This document shows positions 39,297 through 48,705 of a DNA stretch of 64,000 nt, piece after piece. Position numbers and translations under genes: made by a program. The stretch's first letter is position 1, and the number at the start of each line of letters is the position of its first letter. The DNA is taken from positions 15,560 through 79,559 of the forward strand of contig JBHJNU010000003.1 of NCBI GenBank assembly GCA_050330515.1. The letters run 5' to 3'. The notes beneath the pieces were generated by a model. That model saw only the letters and a list, made by a program, of their open reading frames with translations, searched no databases and was not told where the DNA came from. The DNA is from Flavobacteriaceae bacterium. Lineage in GTDB: Bacteria > Bacteroidota > Bacteroidia > Flavobacteriales > Flavobacteriaceae.

Positions 39297-40859
39297 ATGG
39301 CAGGAGGAAAAGCAACACCACGTCAGAAGATGATCAACCTTATGTATTTGATCTTCATCGCGATGTTGGCCCTAAATATGAGTAAAGAAGTTCTAGCGGC
39401 TTTCGGAATCATGACCGAAAAGATGGAATCTTCTAACGCAAAGACCACGGAAAGTAACCTAGCTTTCTTAGACGGTCTTGCTACAAAAGCGTCTGAAGAT
39501 GCGGCCAAATACGGCCCACTTTATGACAATGCAAAGAAAATCAAAGAAATGTCGCAAGAGTATTTTGATTACCTACAAGCTCTTAAAGATGGCATGATCG
39601 AAGGTCTTGAAGACCCAAAAGATTACCAAGTGATGGACAAGTCTGATTTTCTCGACGGGAAGTTCTGGCAAGGGGATAATCTTACCCCTGAAGGTGAAGA
39701 TTTCCTAAGGCGAATCAATGACTACCGTGATGGTGTTGTGAAGCTTGTCAACAATAAGGATGTTAAATCCTCCGTTGTGGCGCGTTTCCAGACCGGTGAC
39801 GAGAATGGTAAGGTGGAGAACCGTAGCGGCGAAAAGGTCGATTGGCTCAATTATCACTATGAAAGATTTCCTTTAGTAGCTTCTTTGACCAAATTGACCG
39901 CCTTACAAGCGGATATCAGGGCAACCGAAGAAGACGCCTTGAAAACCATGTTGGCCGGTGAGTTGACCGAACAAGTTTCGCTAAAGAACTTTGCCACCTC
40001 ACTGTTCGCCCCTAAATCGGCTTATTATACCGGTGAGAAATATGATGGCAAGATCGTGATCAGTAAAACGGACAACACGTCTACACCTGTAAGGGCCGAG
40101 TTGACCCTTGACGGTAGAAAACTAGCTGAAGGAACCGACTATAAATTGGAAGCCGGTGGCGTAAAAATGTTGATCAGTTCAGGCAACGCCGGCGACCACG
40201 AAGTAGCTGGTACGCTGTTCTTCATGCAAGATGGGGCAGAAATACCGGTTACGGTGAAGAACTCGTTCGCAACAATCTCTAAGCCAAATGCCGCATTGAT
40301 CGCTGCCGACAAGATGAACGTTGTTTATCGTGGGGTAGCCAACCCAATGTCGATCTCGATTCCAGGTATACCTAACAACAAAGTAACCGCATCGGCGCCC
40401 GGTCTGAAAGCAGTTAATGGTAGCCAGTACATAATGAACCCTGGTACCGGAAGAACAGTAACCATAACAGCTTCAGGTACCTTACCAGACGGGCAAAAGG
40501 TTTCTTCTAATTCTGAATTCAGAATTAAGGATATACCAAGACCAGAAGGTTCTATCAGTAAGCAAACAGGCAGTGTGAAATTGCCACGTAACAATGTTGA
40601 GATCGCTACCATAGGCGCCGTATTGGAAGACTTTGATTTTGACCTTAACCTATCGGTAAGCGGCTTCAAGTTCAAAGTGCCCGGCCAACCAACGGTTGTG
40701 GTGAACGGTAGTAAATTGAACGCACAGGCTATCTCTGCCCTAAAGAGGGCCACTAGGGGAGATGCCGTACAGATCTTTGATATTGAAGGTTATATCAGCA
40801 ACAACAAAGAATATAAATTGAAAAAGGTATCTCCGATCATCATCGAGATCACCAATTAA
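39297..40859 (+). CDS. gldM: Gliding motility/T9SS motor protein GldM (PorM)
   Basis: MAGGKATPRQKMINLMYLIFIAMLALN and ADKMNVVYRGVANP. Confidence 0.97.
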   Translation: MAGGKATPRQKMINLMYLIFIAMLALNMSKEVLAAFGIMTEKMESSNAKTTESNLAFLDGLATKASEDAAKYGPLYDNAKKIKEMSQEYFDYLQALKDGMIEGLEDPKDYQVMDKSDFLDGKFWQGDNLTPEGEDFLRRINDYRDGVVKLVNNKDVKSSVVARFQTGDENGKVENRSGEKVDWLNYHYERFPLVASLTKLTALQADIRATEEDALKTMLAGELTEQVSLKNFATSLFAPKSAYYTGEKYDGKIVISKTDNTSTPVRAELTLDGRKLAEGTDYKLEAGGVKMLISSGNAGDHEVAGTLFFMQDGAEIPVTVKNSFATISKPNAALIAADKMNVVYRGVANPMSISIPGIPNNKVTASAPGLKAVNGSQYIMNPGTGRTVTITASGTLPDGQKVSSNSEFRIKDIPRPEGSISKQTGSVKLPRNNVEIATIGAVLEDFDFDLNLSVSGFKFKVPGQPTVVVNGSKLNAQAISALKRATRGDAVQIFDIEGYISNNKEYKLKKVSPIIIEITN

Positions 40860-40873
40860 TAACCCTTGAATTG

Positions 40874-40898
40874 CCGGGTATGCGACAAGCATGCCCGG
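40874..40898 (+). other. Intergenic hairpin between gldM and gldN
   Basis: CCGGGTATGC-GACAA-GCATGCCCGG, 10 bp with one G-U pair, no U-tract. Confidence 0.55.
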
Positions 40899-40920
40899 TT
40901 ACTTTTAAATGATTAGAAAA

Positions 40921-41823
40921 ATGAATTGGAAGAATGTTTTAGTAATCTCAGCAGTTAGTCTACTACCTGTTTCCTTAATGGCGCAAGCGAACATCTTGAA
41001 CGCGAAGAAGCCGCAGGAAATCGGGGTAAAGACCGAAGCACAAAGAGCGGAGGACAATGATGCTCCCTTAAAGTACGGTTACGTCGATGATCGCGATATC
41101 CTTTGGTCGAAGACCGTTTGGGAGGTGATCGACCTTGACGAGCGCGTGAATTTTCCGATGTACTATCCTACCGATACCATTGATATTGGTGCCGATAGAA
41201 GGTCATTGTTCGACGTGCTAATCAAGAACATCAAAAACGGTAAACTTGAAGACGTTTACGTAGATTCATACTTTACCGAGAAAAGGGTGTTCTCTGAGTT
41301 GGCCGCGACCTTGAAAAAACGTGATACGCTAGAGTACGGGTACGAACAGATCAATGCCGGCGAGGAATTGTCTCCTGAATACGTTGTGGAGCGTGAACTT
41401 TCGGCTGCCGATATCGAAGAGTACCGAATAAAAGGTATCTGGTATTTTGACAAACGTCAAGGAGAGCTGAAATACCGTCTTTTAGGTCTTGCTCCCGTTG
41501 CACCAGACGTTAACTTTATCGACGATGAGTCTATGGATCCAAATGATGCCAAAGTTGAACTTTTCTGGGTGTGGTACCCAGGTGCCAGGCAGGTGTTACA
41601 CGAAGCGAAGGTTTTTAACCAACGTAATTCGGCGCAGCCCATATCTTTTGACATGTTGTTGAACGCAAGAAGGTTCCAAGGCACCATTTACAGAGAAGAT
41701 AACGTTCATGGAGACCGCAAGGTAACCGACTATATTGCAGACAATGCTTTGTTCCAATTGCTTGAGGCCAACAGAATTCAAGAGGTCATCAGAGATAGGG
41801 AACAAGATATGTGGAGTTATTAA
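40921..41823 (+). CDS. gldN: Gliding motility/T9SS protein GldN (PorN)
   Basis: DILWSKTVWEVIDLDERVNFPMYYP and IKGIWYFDKRQGELKYRLLG. Start is 40909 or 40921. Confidence 0.96.
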   Translation: MNWKNVLVISAVSLLPVSLMAQANILNAKKPQEIGVKTEAQRAEDNDAPLKYGYVDDRDILWSKTVWEVIDLDERVNFPMYYPTDTIDIGADRRSLFDVLIKNIKNGKLEDVYVDSYFTEKRVFSELAATLKKRDTLEYGYEQINAGEELSPEYVVERELSAADIEEYRIKGIWYFDKRQGELKYRLLGLAPVAPDVNFIDDESMDPNDAKVELFWVWYPGARQVLHEAKVFNQRNSAQPISFDMLLNARRFQGTIYREDNVHGDRKVTDYIADNALFQLLEANRIQEVIRDREQDMWSY

Positions 41824-41931
41824 GAGGAGAGGCTAGCACTTTTATGTTGGCACCTCCAATCAACCCGTAACCTATCGGAATCCACTTAAACATTTTATAG
41901 ATTATTTTAGAATTCCAATTCGAAATAATAG

Positions 41932-41965
41932 AAGAGCCGCATCGAAAGTTGCGGCTCTTTTTTTT
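41932..41965 (+). terminator. Intrinsic terminator of the gld operon
   Basis: AAGAGCCGCA/TGCGGCTCTT stem followed by a T-run. Confidence 0.85.
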
Positions 41966-41993
41966 GCCATTGTCACGTCTCTTGACAATTCTC

Positions 41994-42001
41994 TACCTTT
42001 G
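41994..42001 (+). promoter_or_regulatory. -7 promoter element (TACCTTTG) of the FAD oxidoreductase gene
   Basis: Consensus match 4 nt before the ATG at 42006. Confidence 0.55.
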
Positions 42002-42005
42002 CGCG

Positions 42006-43061
42006 ATGTTAGATTATTTAATCGTCGGTCTAGGGCTTGCAGGAATTTCATTCTGTGAACAATTGGAAGAGAACGGAAAAACCTATCAGGTGATTTCCGA
42101 TGGTTCACAAACATCTTCCTCAGTTGCCGGTGGGCTGTACAACCCGGTTATCTTGAAGCGTTTTACGTTGGCCTGGAACGCCGGTGAACAGCTCGAAAGA
42201 GCGATTCCATTCTACCAACAATTGGAGAACAAGCTGAATGTCAAACTAGATTTTAAACTTCCTATTTTAAGGCGATTCGCGTCTATAGAAGAACAGAACC
42301 TGTGGTTCGACGCGATGGATAAACCGGGACTGGAGCGGTTTCTGTCCCCCGAAATACTCCCCAACGATAACCTGAATATCGAAGCCCCGTACGGTTTTGG
42401 AAAAGTACTGCATACCGGACGGTTGGACACGGGGCTATTACTGGTAAGGTATGCTGATTATCTTAAGACCCTGGGCCTTTTGATATCGGAAGGTTTTGAT
42501 CATAGTTTGATCGAGATGCATGACGGTTATGTTTCCTATAAAACAATTACAGCCAAACGGATAGTTTTTGCGGAGGGCTTCGGAATAAGAAATAACCCGT
42601 ATTTCAACTATCTTCCCCTGTACGGAACCAAAGGGGAATATATCATCATTAATGCCCCTGACCTGAAGGAATCACGCGCCATCAAATCGTCTATTTTCTG
42701 CATCCCTTTAGGAGACCATACCTATAAAATTGGTGCTACCTACGAGCAGAAAGATAAATCGAACATGGCCACCGCAAAGGCCAAGGATGAATTGATGAAA
42801 AAATTAGAGAGCTTTGTCAAGTGTGACTATACCGTTGTGGATCAAATGGCAGGGGTCAGGCCTAGCGTAGGTGACAGAAAACCGGTGGTAGGCCGACATC
42901 CCCGTTATGATAATATGCTAGTATTGAATGGCCTAGGCTCACGGGGTGTTCTAATTTCGCCCTATGTTTCGCTAGAATTGTTTGAACATGTCGAACGGTC
43001 GAAAACCCTACTTCCGGCCATAGATGCGAACCGTTTTACCCGTAAGTATTTTAAGGGTTAG
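42006..43061 (+). CDS. FAD-dependent oxidoreductase (DAO/MnmC C-terminal-like)
   Basis: IVGLGLAG Rossmann motif, SSVAGG, AGVRP and GLGSRG. Probable start 42006. Confidence 0.9.
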   Translation: MLDYLIVGLGLAGISFCEQLEENGKTYQVISDGSQTSSSVAGGLYNPVILKRFTLAWNAGEQLERAIPFYQQLENKLNVKLDFKLPILRRFASIEEQNLWFDAMDKPGLERFLSPEILPNDNLNIEAPYGFGKVLHTGRLDTGLLLVRYADYLKTLGLLISEGFDHSLIEMHDGYVSYKTITAKRIVFAEGFGIRNNPYFNYLPLYGTKGEYIIINAPDLKESRAIKSSIFCIPLGDHTYKIGATYEQKDKSNMATAKAKDELMKKLESFVKCDYTVVDQMAGVRPSVGDRKPVVGRHPRYDNMLVLNGLGSRGVLISPYVSLELFEHVERSKTLLPAIDANRFTRKYFKG

Positions 43062-43440
43062 TTTGCTTTGCCTTTGGGTCGAACGAAAAGAAAAAGTTGA
43101 TCCAGATATTGCGCGATAGGCGCATGATCACAGGCATGAAAAAAATCATCGTAACGACGATGGCGATAAAGGTGTTGATCAATGATATACCGAAAAACAA
43201 TCTTGCGATTACAAAAGCGGCGACCGCGAAAGCGATGCCGACCCCATAGCTGACATACATTGCACCGTAGAAAAAAGAGGGTTCGATTTTGTACTTTGTG
43301 TTACATTGTGAACAGCGCTCGTGCATTTTGAAGATCTTGCCCACATGATAAGGGTTTGCGTCAATATACATACTCTCTTCATGACATTTAGGACAACTTC
43401 CTGTTAAAATGCTGTATAGTTTGTTTCCTTTTTTTAACAT
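43051..43440 (-). CDS. DUF983 family protein (CxxC Zn-ribbon plus 2 TM helices)
   Basis: CPKC and CSQC, EPSFFYGAMYVSY, RLSRNIW. Probable start 43440; TACCTTTG promoter at 43456-43463 on the minus strand. Confidence 0.85.
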   Translation of the reverse strand: MLKKGNKLYSILTGSCPKCHEESMYIDANPYHVGKIFKMHERCSQCNTKYKIEPSFFYGAMYVSYGVGIAFAVAAFVIARLFFGISLINTFIAIVVTMIFFMPVIMRLSRNIWINFFFSFDPKAKQTNP

Positions 43441-43577
43441 TTGCAAAACTTTGCACAAAGGTACGTTATATCGGCGTTTTTAACCGTAACATTGGTCACA
43501 CATCACGTTTCAGGTTTTTGAAGTTTGAGGTTGCCGAACCTGACCCTGAAGCTAAAGAAATTATAAACCATTTTAGA

Positions 43578-45488
43578 ATGCTGAACATCCATAACCTTTC
43601 TGTTTCTTTTGGAGGTGAATATTTATTTGAGGAAATTTCATTTCGATTGAACGGCGGAGACCGCGTAGGCCTTATCGGTAAGAACGGTGCAGGCAAATCG
43701 ACCCTTTTGAAATTGCTGACCAAAGACATGGCCTTTGATACGGGTACCATAGCCATGGAAAAGGATGTAAAAATAGGTTTCCTGCGCCAGGACATCGATT
43801 TTGAACAAGGTAGAACCGTCTTGGAGGAGGCGTACCAAGCCTTTGAGGAAATCAAATCGTTGGAAAAACAGCTGAACAAGATTAACGAACAATTGACAGA
43901 GCGAACCGATTATGAAAGTGAGCTTTACAACCAACTGATGATCGATTTGAGCGAAATTGGCCACCACTATGAGATACTAGGAGGATATAATTATCAAGGG
44001 GAGACCGAGAAAATACTTCAGGGTCTAGGTTTTAGAAGGGAAGATTTCGATAAAAGAACGGATACCTTTTCGGGGGGGTGGCGAATGCGTATCGAACTGG
44101 CCAAGCTCTTGTTGCAAAGTAATGACGTACTGTTGCTAGATGAGCCTACGAACCACCTAGATATTGAGTCGATCATTTGGCTCGAACAGTTCTTGAAGAA
44201 CTACGCTGGCGCGGTAGTCATCGTTTCGCATGATAAGATGTTCTTAGATAACGTAACCAATAGAACCATTGAAATTTCCTTGGGCCGTATTTACGACTAT
44301 AACAAGCCCTATTCGAAATACCTTGTACTTCGCAACGAGATGAAACAACAGCAGTTGAACGCCCAAAAGAACCAAGAGAAGGAGATTCAGCAGGCAGAGC
44401 GGTTAATCGAGAAGTTCAGGGCGAAATCTACCAAGGCCTCGATGGCACAATCACTGATCAAGAAGCTCGACAAAATCGAACGCATAGAGGTCGATGAAGA
44501 TGACAATAGTGTGATGAATGTTCGTTTCCCAGTTTCCATTGTACCGGGTAGAGTAGTAACCGAAATTGAGAACGTTAGTAAAAGTTACGGTAACAACCAC
44601 GTGCTCGAAGGTATTGATTTACTGATCGAACGTGATAGTAAGACAGCGTTCGTGGGCCAAAACGGACAAGGAAAGTCTACCTTGGCAAAAATTATAGTTG
44701 GCGAGTTATCGCATGGAGGTCATTTAAAGCTAGGGCATAATGTTCAAATTGGCTATTTCGCCCAAAACCAGGCAGAGTACCTCAATGGTGATAAAACCGT
44801 TTTAGATACCATGATCGACGCCGCCAACGAGAAGAACAGGAGCAAAGTGCGCGATATCCTAGGGTCCTTTCTGTTTCGGGGTGACGAGGTTGAAAAATTT
44901 GTAAAGGTGCTTTCAGGAGGAGAACGAAATCGATTGGCCCTTGCCAAGATGTTATTGCAGCCCTTCAACGTGCTGGTAATGGATGAACCAACCAACCATT
45001 TAGATATCAAGTCGAAGAATGTACTGAAACAGGCATTGCAGAATTTCGAGGGAACATTGATATTGGTTTCGCATGATAGGGATTTTCTGCAAGGACTTAC
45101 AAACAAGGTGTATGAGTTCAAAGATCGCAAGATTAAAGAGTACCTGGGCGATATCGATTTTTACCTAGAGCAGCGTAAAGTGGCCGATTTCAGGGCGATT
45201 GAAAAGAAGAGCGAAACACAACAGAAGAAAGAAAAACCCAAGGCCAACGCGAATAGCTTTGAAGACCAAAAACTACTGAAATCGTTAAAGAACAAGTTAA
45301 GCAACCTAGAGGGCGATATTGCGACCCTTGAAAAAGAGCTCGCGGAAATAGATCATGACTTGCTTATGGATTATGATAAAACCATTGCCAAGCCCCACTT
45401 TTTTGATACGTACCAAAAGAAGAAGAAACACTTGGAAGTTTTGATGAAAAACTGGGAAAAACTTACCTTGGAATTGGAGCGTATTTAG
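43578..45488 (+). CDS. ABC-F family ATP-binding protein
   Basis: Two NBDs (GKNGAGKST/FSGGW/DEPTNHLD and GQNGQGKST/LSGGE/DEPTNHLD), no TM segment, C-terminal coiled coil. Start 43578. Confidence 0.96.
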   Translation: MLNIHNLSVSFGGEYLFEEISFRLNGGDRVGLIGKNGAGKSTLLKLLTKDMAFDTGTIAMEKDVKIGFLRQDIDFEQGRTVLEEAYQAFEEIKSLEKQLNKINEQLTERTDYESELYNQLMIDLSEIGHHYEILGGYNYQGETEKILQGLGFRREDFDKRTDTFSGGWRMRIELAKLLLQSNDVLLLDEPTNHLDIESIIWLEQFLKNYAGAVVIVSHDKMFLDNVTNRTIEISLGRIYDYNKPYSKYLVLRNEMKQQQLNAQKNQEKEIQQAERLIEKFRAKSTKASMAQSLIKKLDKIERIEVDEDDNSVMNVRFPVSIVPGRVVTEIENVSKSYGNNHVLEGIDLLIERDSKTAFVGQNGQGKSTLAKIIVGELSHGGHLKLGHNVQIGYFAQNQAEYLNGDKTVLDTMIDAANEKNRSKVRDILGSFLFRGDEVEKFVKVLSGGERNRLALAKMLLQPFNVLVMDEPTNHLDIKSKNVLKQALQNFEGTLILVSHDRDFLQGLTNKVYEFKDRKIKEYLGDIDFYLEQRKVADFRAIEKKSETQQKKEKPKANANSFEDQKLLKSLKNKLSNLEGDIATLEKELAEIDHDLLMDYDKTIAKPHFFDTYQKKKKHLEVLMKNWEKLTLELERI

Positions 45489-45664
45489 CACTTTGTATTT
45501 CTTCACGAAAGGTTCAAGTTAATTATCACAACAGTTTTTTTATATTTCACAACAAAAGCGAACGGTTACGTATCAATTCATGCATTTAGTAAGCATGTAT
45601 ACGAAAATTATCGTTTATTTGTAGGGTAAATCTTATATAAATTGCTGCAACATCAAATCTGACA

Positions 45665-46555
45665 ATGAAAAAGCCACTTCAAATAATAGTATTCCTTTTC
45701 GCTTTTCAAGGTTCATTTGCCCAGGTTCCGGTGAAGGAGAAACAGGTACTGATTGATCTTTACAATAGTACAAATGGCTCGAACTGGACCGAAAGGTGGG
45801 ATTTGTCTAAACCTTTATCAACCTGGAATGGTGTTCAACTGGAGGATAACCATATTGTATCCCTTAACCTAATGAACAATGGTCTAGATGGAGTTCTACC
45901 AAGCTCCATTCATAATCTTAAACGGCTACGGGTGTTGAACTTGGCGTTCAATGCTATTCATGGAGATTTGCCCGAGAATATGGTGCTATTACAAAACTTA
46001 GTTGTCCTAAAGTTGGGAAAGAACCAGATAGAAGGTAGTATTCCTGAAACTATTGGTAACTTAAAGCAGCTAGAGGTTCTAGACCTTTATAGTAATAAGA
46101 TTTCAGGTAACCTACCAAGAAGTCTAGGGGCAATAAAAAGGTTGAAGGTAATTTCGATTTCTGATAATGCCATCGATGGTGCACTACCTGAGGAACTTGG
46201 AAATTTAAAATCCTTGGAACGTTTAGAACTTGCCGACAATAGGATGGAAGGTACCATACCCGAGGCCATAGGTAGCCTTTCTAATTTGAATATCCTTGTA
46301 TTGGCAGAGAACAGGTTAACGGGGAACTTTCCCACCACTGTATTTACATTACCCAAGTTAAGGGTATTGCAGCTACAGAATAATGATTTCGACAAGGCCC
46401 ATTTAAAGAAAAGTGTTCCGATACAGACAGATTTGGCACTTTTTGAGTTCGAGGATACCGTTTTTGATATAGAATCAAAGGCCTTTAAAAAATTATACTC
46501 GAAAAGTGATGTAAGAATGGCCGACACGAAATTTGATGATGATAATGACAATTAG
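45665..46555 (+). CDS. Exported plant-specific-type LRR protein 1 (8 LRRs)
   Basis: Signal peptide ending SFA-Q, N-cap LYNSTNG..W...W.GV, 24-aa repeats LxxLxLxxNxLxGxIP, tail RMADTKFDDDNDN. Confidence 0.9.
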   Translation: MKKPLQIIVFLFAFQGSFAQVPVKEKQVLIDLYNSTNGSNWTERWDLSKPLSTWNGVQLEDNHIVSLNLMNNGLDGVLPSSIHNLKRLRVLNLAFNAIHGDLPENMVLLQNLVVLKLGKNQIEGSIPETIGNLKQLEVLDLYSNKISGNLPRSLGAIKRLKVISISDNAIDGALPEELGNLKSLERLELADNRMEGTIPEAIGSLSNLNILVLAENRLTGNFPTTVFTLPKLRVLQLQNNDFDKAHLKKSVPIQTDLALFEFEDTVFDIESKAFKKLYSKSDVRMADTKFDDDNDN

Positions 46556-46564
46556 TAGATACCT

Positions 46565-47464
46565 ATGAACTTAGAGAACCCATCTTATAAAATACGAATA
46601 TTTTTACTGACCCTTTTCTGTCCCTTCACCTATGGTATGTTGGTTTTTGGGCAGGTATCGGATCAAGAAAAAAAAGTACTCTTAGAACTTTACCATGCAA
46701 CTAGCGGTAAAGACTGGAACAATGTTTGGAATCTGAACCAGCCCCCATCTACTTGGTACGGGGTGAAGGTCGAAGACAACAAAGTAACGGAGCTTAACCT
46801 CTTCAGAAACAATCTATCAGGAGTTCTACCTGAAAGTATAGGCCAGCTTGAACATTTGAAGCACTTGAATCTAGCTTTCAATTCAATAACCGGTTTACTG
46901 CCAAAGGATATCGTCAATTTGTCAAATTTAAAGGTGTTGAAATTGGAAATGAACCGTATCAAAGGAGCACTTCCTGATGATATCGGCAAAATGGGAAATT
47001 TAGAGGAATTTTCCGCATTCAATAATTTTTTGGAAGGGTCTATTCCTGAAAGTCTTGGTTCGATCAAGACCTTGCGCATTTTGAATTTATCAAGCAATAA
47101 TTTGAACGGTTTGATTCCCAAATCTTTGGGAAGTCTAGAAAAATTAGAAAGTCTAGGTCTTTTTGAGAATGTTTTAGAAGGTTCAATTCCCCCCGAAATC
47201 GGAAAGTTGAGTAGGTTAAAAGAACTGGTTTTGGCCAATAATCAGCTGGGCGGGGCTATACCGGCTGAATTTGGCCAATTGGCCAGTTTAAAGGTCTTGC
47301 AGATTCAGAATAACAAATTCGATTCATTCAAGAATCTTGAATATGTGAACCTAAATGCCCTACTTGCGTTCGACTTTGATAGAGACCGTGCTACGGATTT
47401 TAAGCACATAGATTTGAACAAAACAAGAATGGCCGACACGAAGTTCGACGATAACGATAATTGA
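46565..47464 (+). CDS. Exported plant-specific-type LRR protein 2 (8 LRRs)
   Basis: Same architecture; tail RMADTKFDDNDN. Confidence 0.9.
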   Translation: MNLENPSYKIRIFLLTLFCPFTYGMLVFGQVSDQEKKVLLELYHATSGKDWNNVWNLNQPPSTWYGVKVEDNKVTELNLFRNNLSGVLPESIGQLEHLKHLNLAFNSITGLLPKDIVNLSNLKVLKLEMNRIKGALPDDIGKMGNLEEFSAFNNFLEGSIPESLGSIKTLRILNLSSNNLNGLIPKSLGSLEKLESLGLFENVLEGSIPPEIGKLSRLKELVLANNQLGGAIPAEFGQLASLKVLQIQNNKFDSFKNLEYVNLNALLAFDFDRDRATDFKHIDLNKTRMADTKFDDNDN

Positions 47465-47525
47465 TATTCAAGTTTCTAAAATAAAGGGAAAATAAATTCT
47501 TTTTTCTAGTTAGTAGTTTGGTTTT

Positions 47526-47558
47526 AGGGGGTGCGAGAGCATCCCCTATTGGTTTTTT
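47526..47558 (+). terminator. Terminator-like hairpin after LRR protein 2
   Basis: AGGGGGTGC-GAGA-GCATCCCCT (GNRA loop) followed by ATTGGTTTTTT. Confidence 0.65.
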
Positions 47559-47608
47559 ATCGAAGAATGCAAGAAATCTTACTTTACTTATCAGAAAACA
47601 GCAAAATG

Positions 47609-47661
47609 TACGTTAGAAATATACAAAACGTACGAAACGTCCTCACGAATTATACGTTAAA
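47609..47661 (+). promoter_or_regulatory. Three direct repeats with an exact 22-bp period upstream of LRR protein 3 (LytTR-type site candidate)
   Basis: TACGTTAGA (47609), TACGAAACG (47631) and TACGTTAAA (47653). Confidence 0.45.
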
Positions 47662-47718
47662 ACAAGTTTGTCATGCTGTTCTTAATGGCGATGGTACTAT
47701 TTATTGAAATAAAGCCGA

Positions 47719-48600
47719 ATGAAAAAAACATTATTTTTTTTTAACCTGCTGCTCCTTCTTTTCTATTTCGGTTCTGCAAGTGCGCAGATAAGCAAAAAAG
47801 AGAAAAACGCGCTACTGGATCTTTATGAAGCTACCCATGGCGAATTATGGACGATACCTTGGAATTTGAATGTACCTGTCAGCGAATGGCACGGTGTTCA
47901 AATCGACAAGGATCGCGTGGTAGGGCTACGGTTATACAAGAATAATTTAACAGGAACCCTACCGCATAGCCTAAAAAAACTTGAACATCTTGAGGTACTT
48001 GATCTTGGCTTTAATAAGCTTACAGGGCATCTACCCGAAACGCTAACCGAGCTTACCACTTTGAAGGTGTTAAAACTTGAAATGAACCAATTCAAGGGTG
48101 GGCTACCGTCCGACATGTCCAATTGGGTACATCTTCAAGAACTTTCCTTGTTCAATAATTTTTTAGATGGGAGCATTCCAGAAAGTATTGGTAAAGCTCA
48201 AGACTTGGAGGTTATTAATTTTTCAAGTAATATGCTATCAGGAAGGCTTCCAAAAAGTATGGAAGATTTAACGAAACTAAGGAGCTTTGGTATTATGGGC
48301 AACCAATTAGACGGCACCATCGATTTTAGTTTTTCAAAAATGACCAACTTGTCTGAATTGGTCCTGTCTCACAATCATTTTGAAGGACCGTTACCTGAAA
48401 GCATCGCAACATTGAAACAACTTAAATTCGTTCAATTTCAAGGTAATAAATTTGATTCGTTCAGGGGACTCGAAATGATGCAGAGCCTACATCTTTCGGC
48501 TTTTGATAGCGATAATAAGCAGTTGGACAGAAGATATGGCAAAGTAGATTTCAGCCGAACACGGTTGGCGGAAACGAAGTTTTCAGAGGAAGATAACTAA
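47719..48600 (+). CDS. Exported plant-specific-type LRR protein 3 (8 LRRs)
   Basis: Signal peptide ending ASA-Q; same architecture; tail RLAETKFSEEDN. Confidence 0.9.
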   Translation: MKKTLFFFNLLLLLFYFGSASAQISKKEKNALLDLYEATHGELWTIPWNLNVPVSEWHGVQIDKDRVVGLRLYKNNLTGTLPHSLKKLEHLEVLDLGFNKLTGHLPETLTELTTLKVLKLEMNQFKGGLPSDMSNWVHLQELSLFNNFLDGSIPESIGKAQDLEVINFSSNMLSGRLPKSMEDLTKLRSFGIMGNQLDGTIDFSFSKMTNLSELVLSHNHFEGPLPESIATLKQLKFVQFQGNKFDSFRGLEMMQSLHLSAFDSDNKQLDRRYGKVDFSRTRLAETKFSEEDN

Positions 48601-48627
48601 AAGCTAGCTCAAAATTAAAAGTATTTT

Positions 48628-48661
48628 AAAAAGGGATGTGCCTATCGCATTTCCTTTTTTT
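48628..48661. terminator. Probable bidirectional terminator
   Basis: A-tract, imperfect stem GGGATGTG/CGCATTTCC, T-tract, between convergent genes. Confidence 0.55.
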
Positions 48662-48705
48662 ATCCTTTAAATTCTTGATAACCGATTTTCTTTAACAAAT
48701 CGGAA

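Noticed and set aside
45665-48600. LRR proteins as classical T9SS cargo because gldKLMN is nearby
   Set aside because: Only about 50 aa follow the last LRR, with no Ig-like type A or B CTD pattern.
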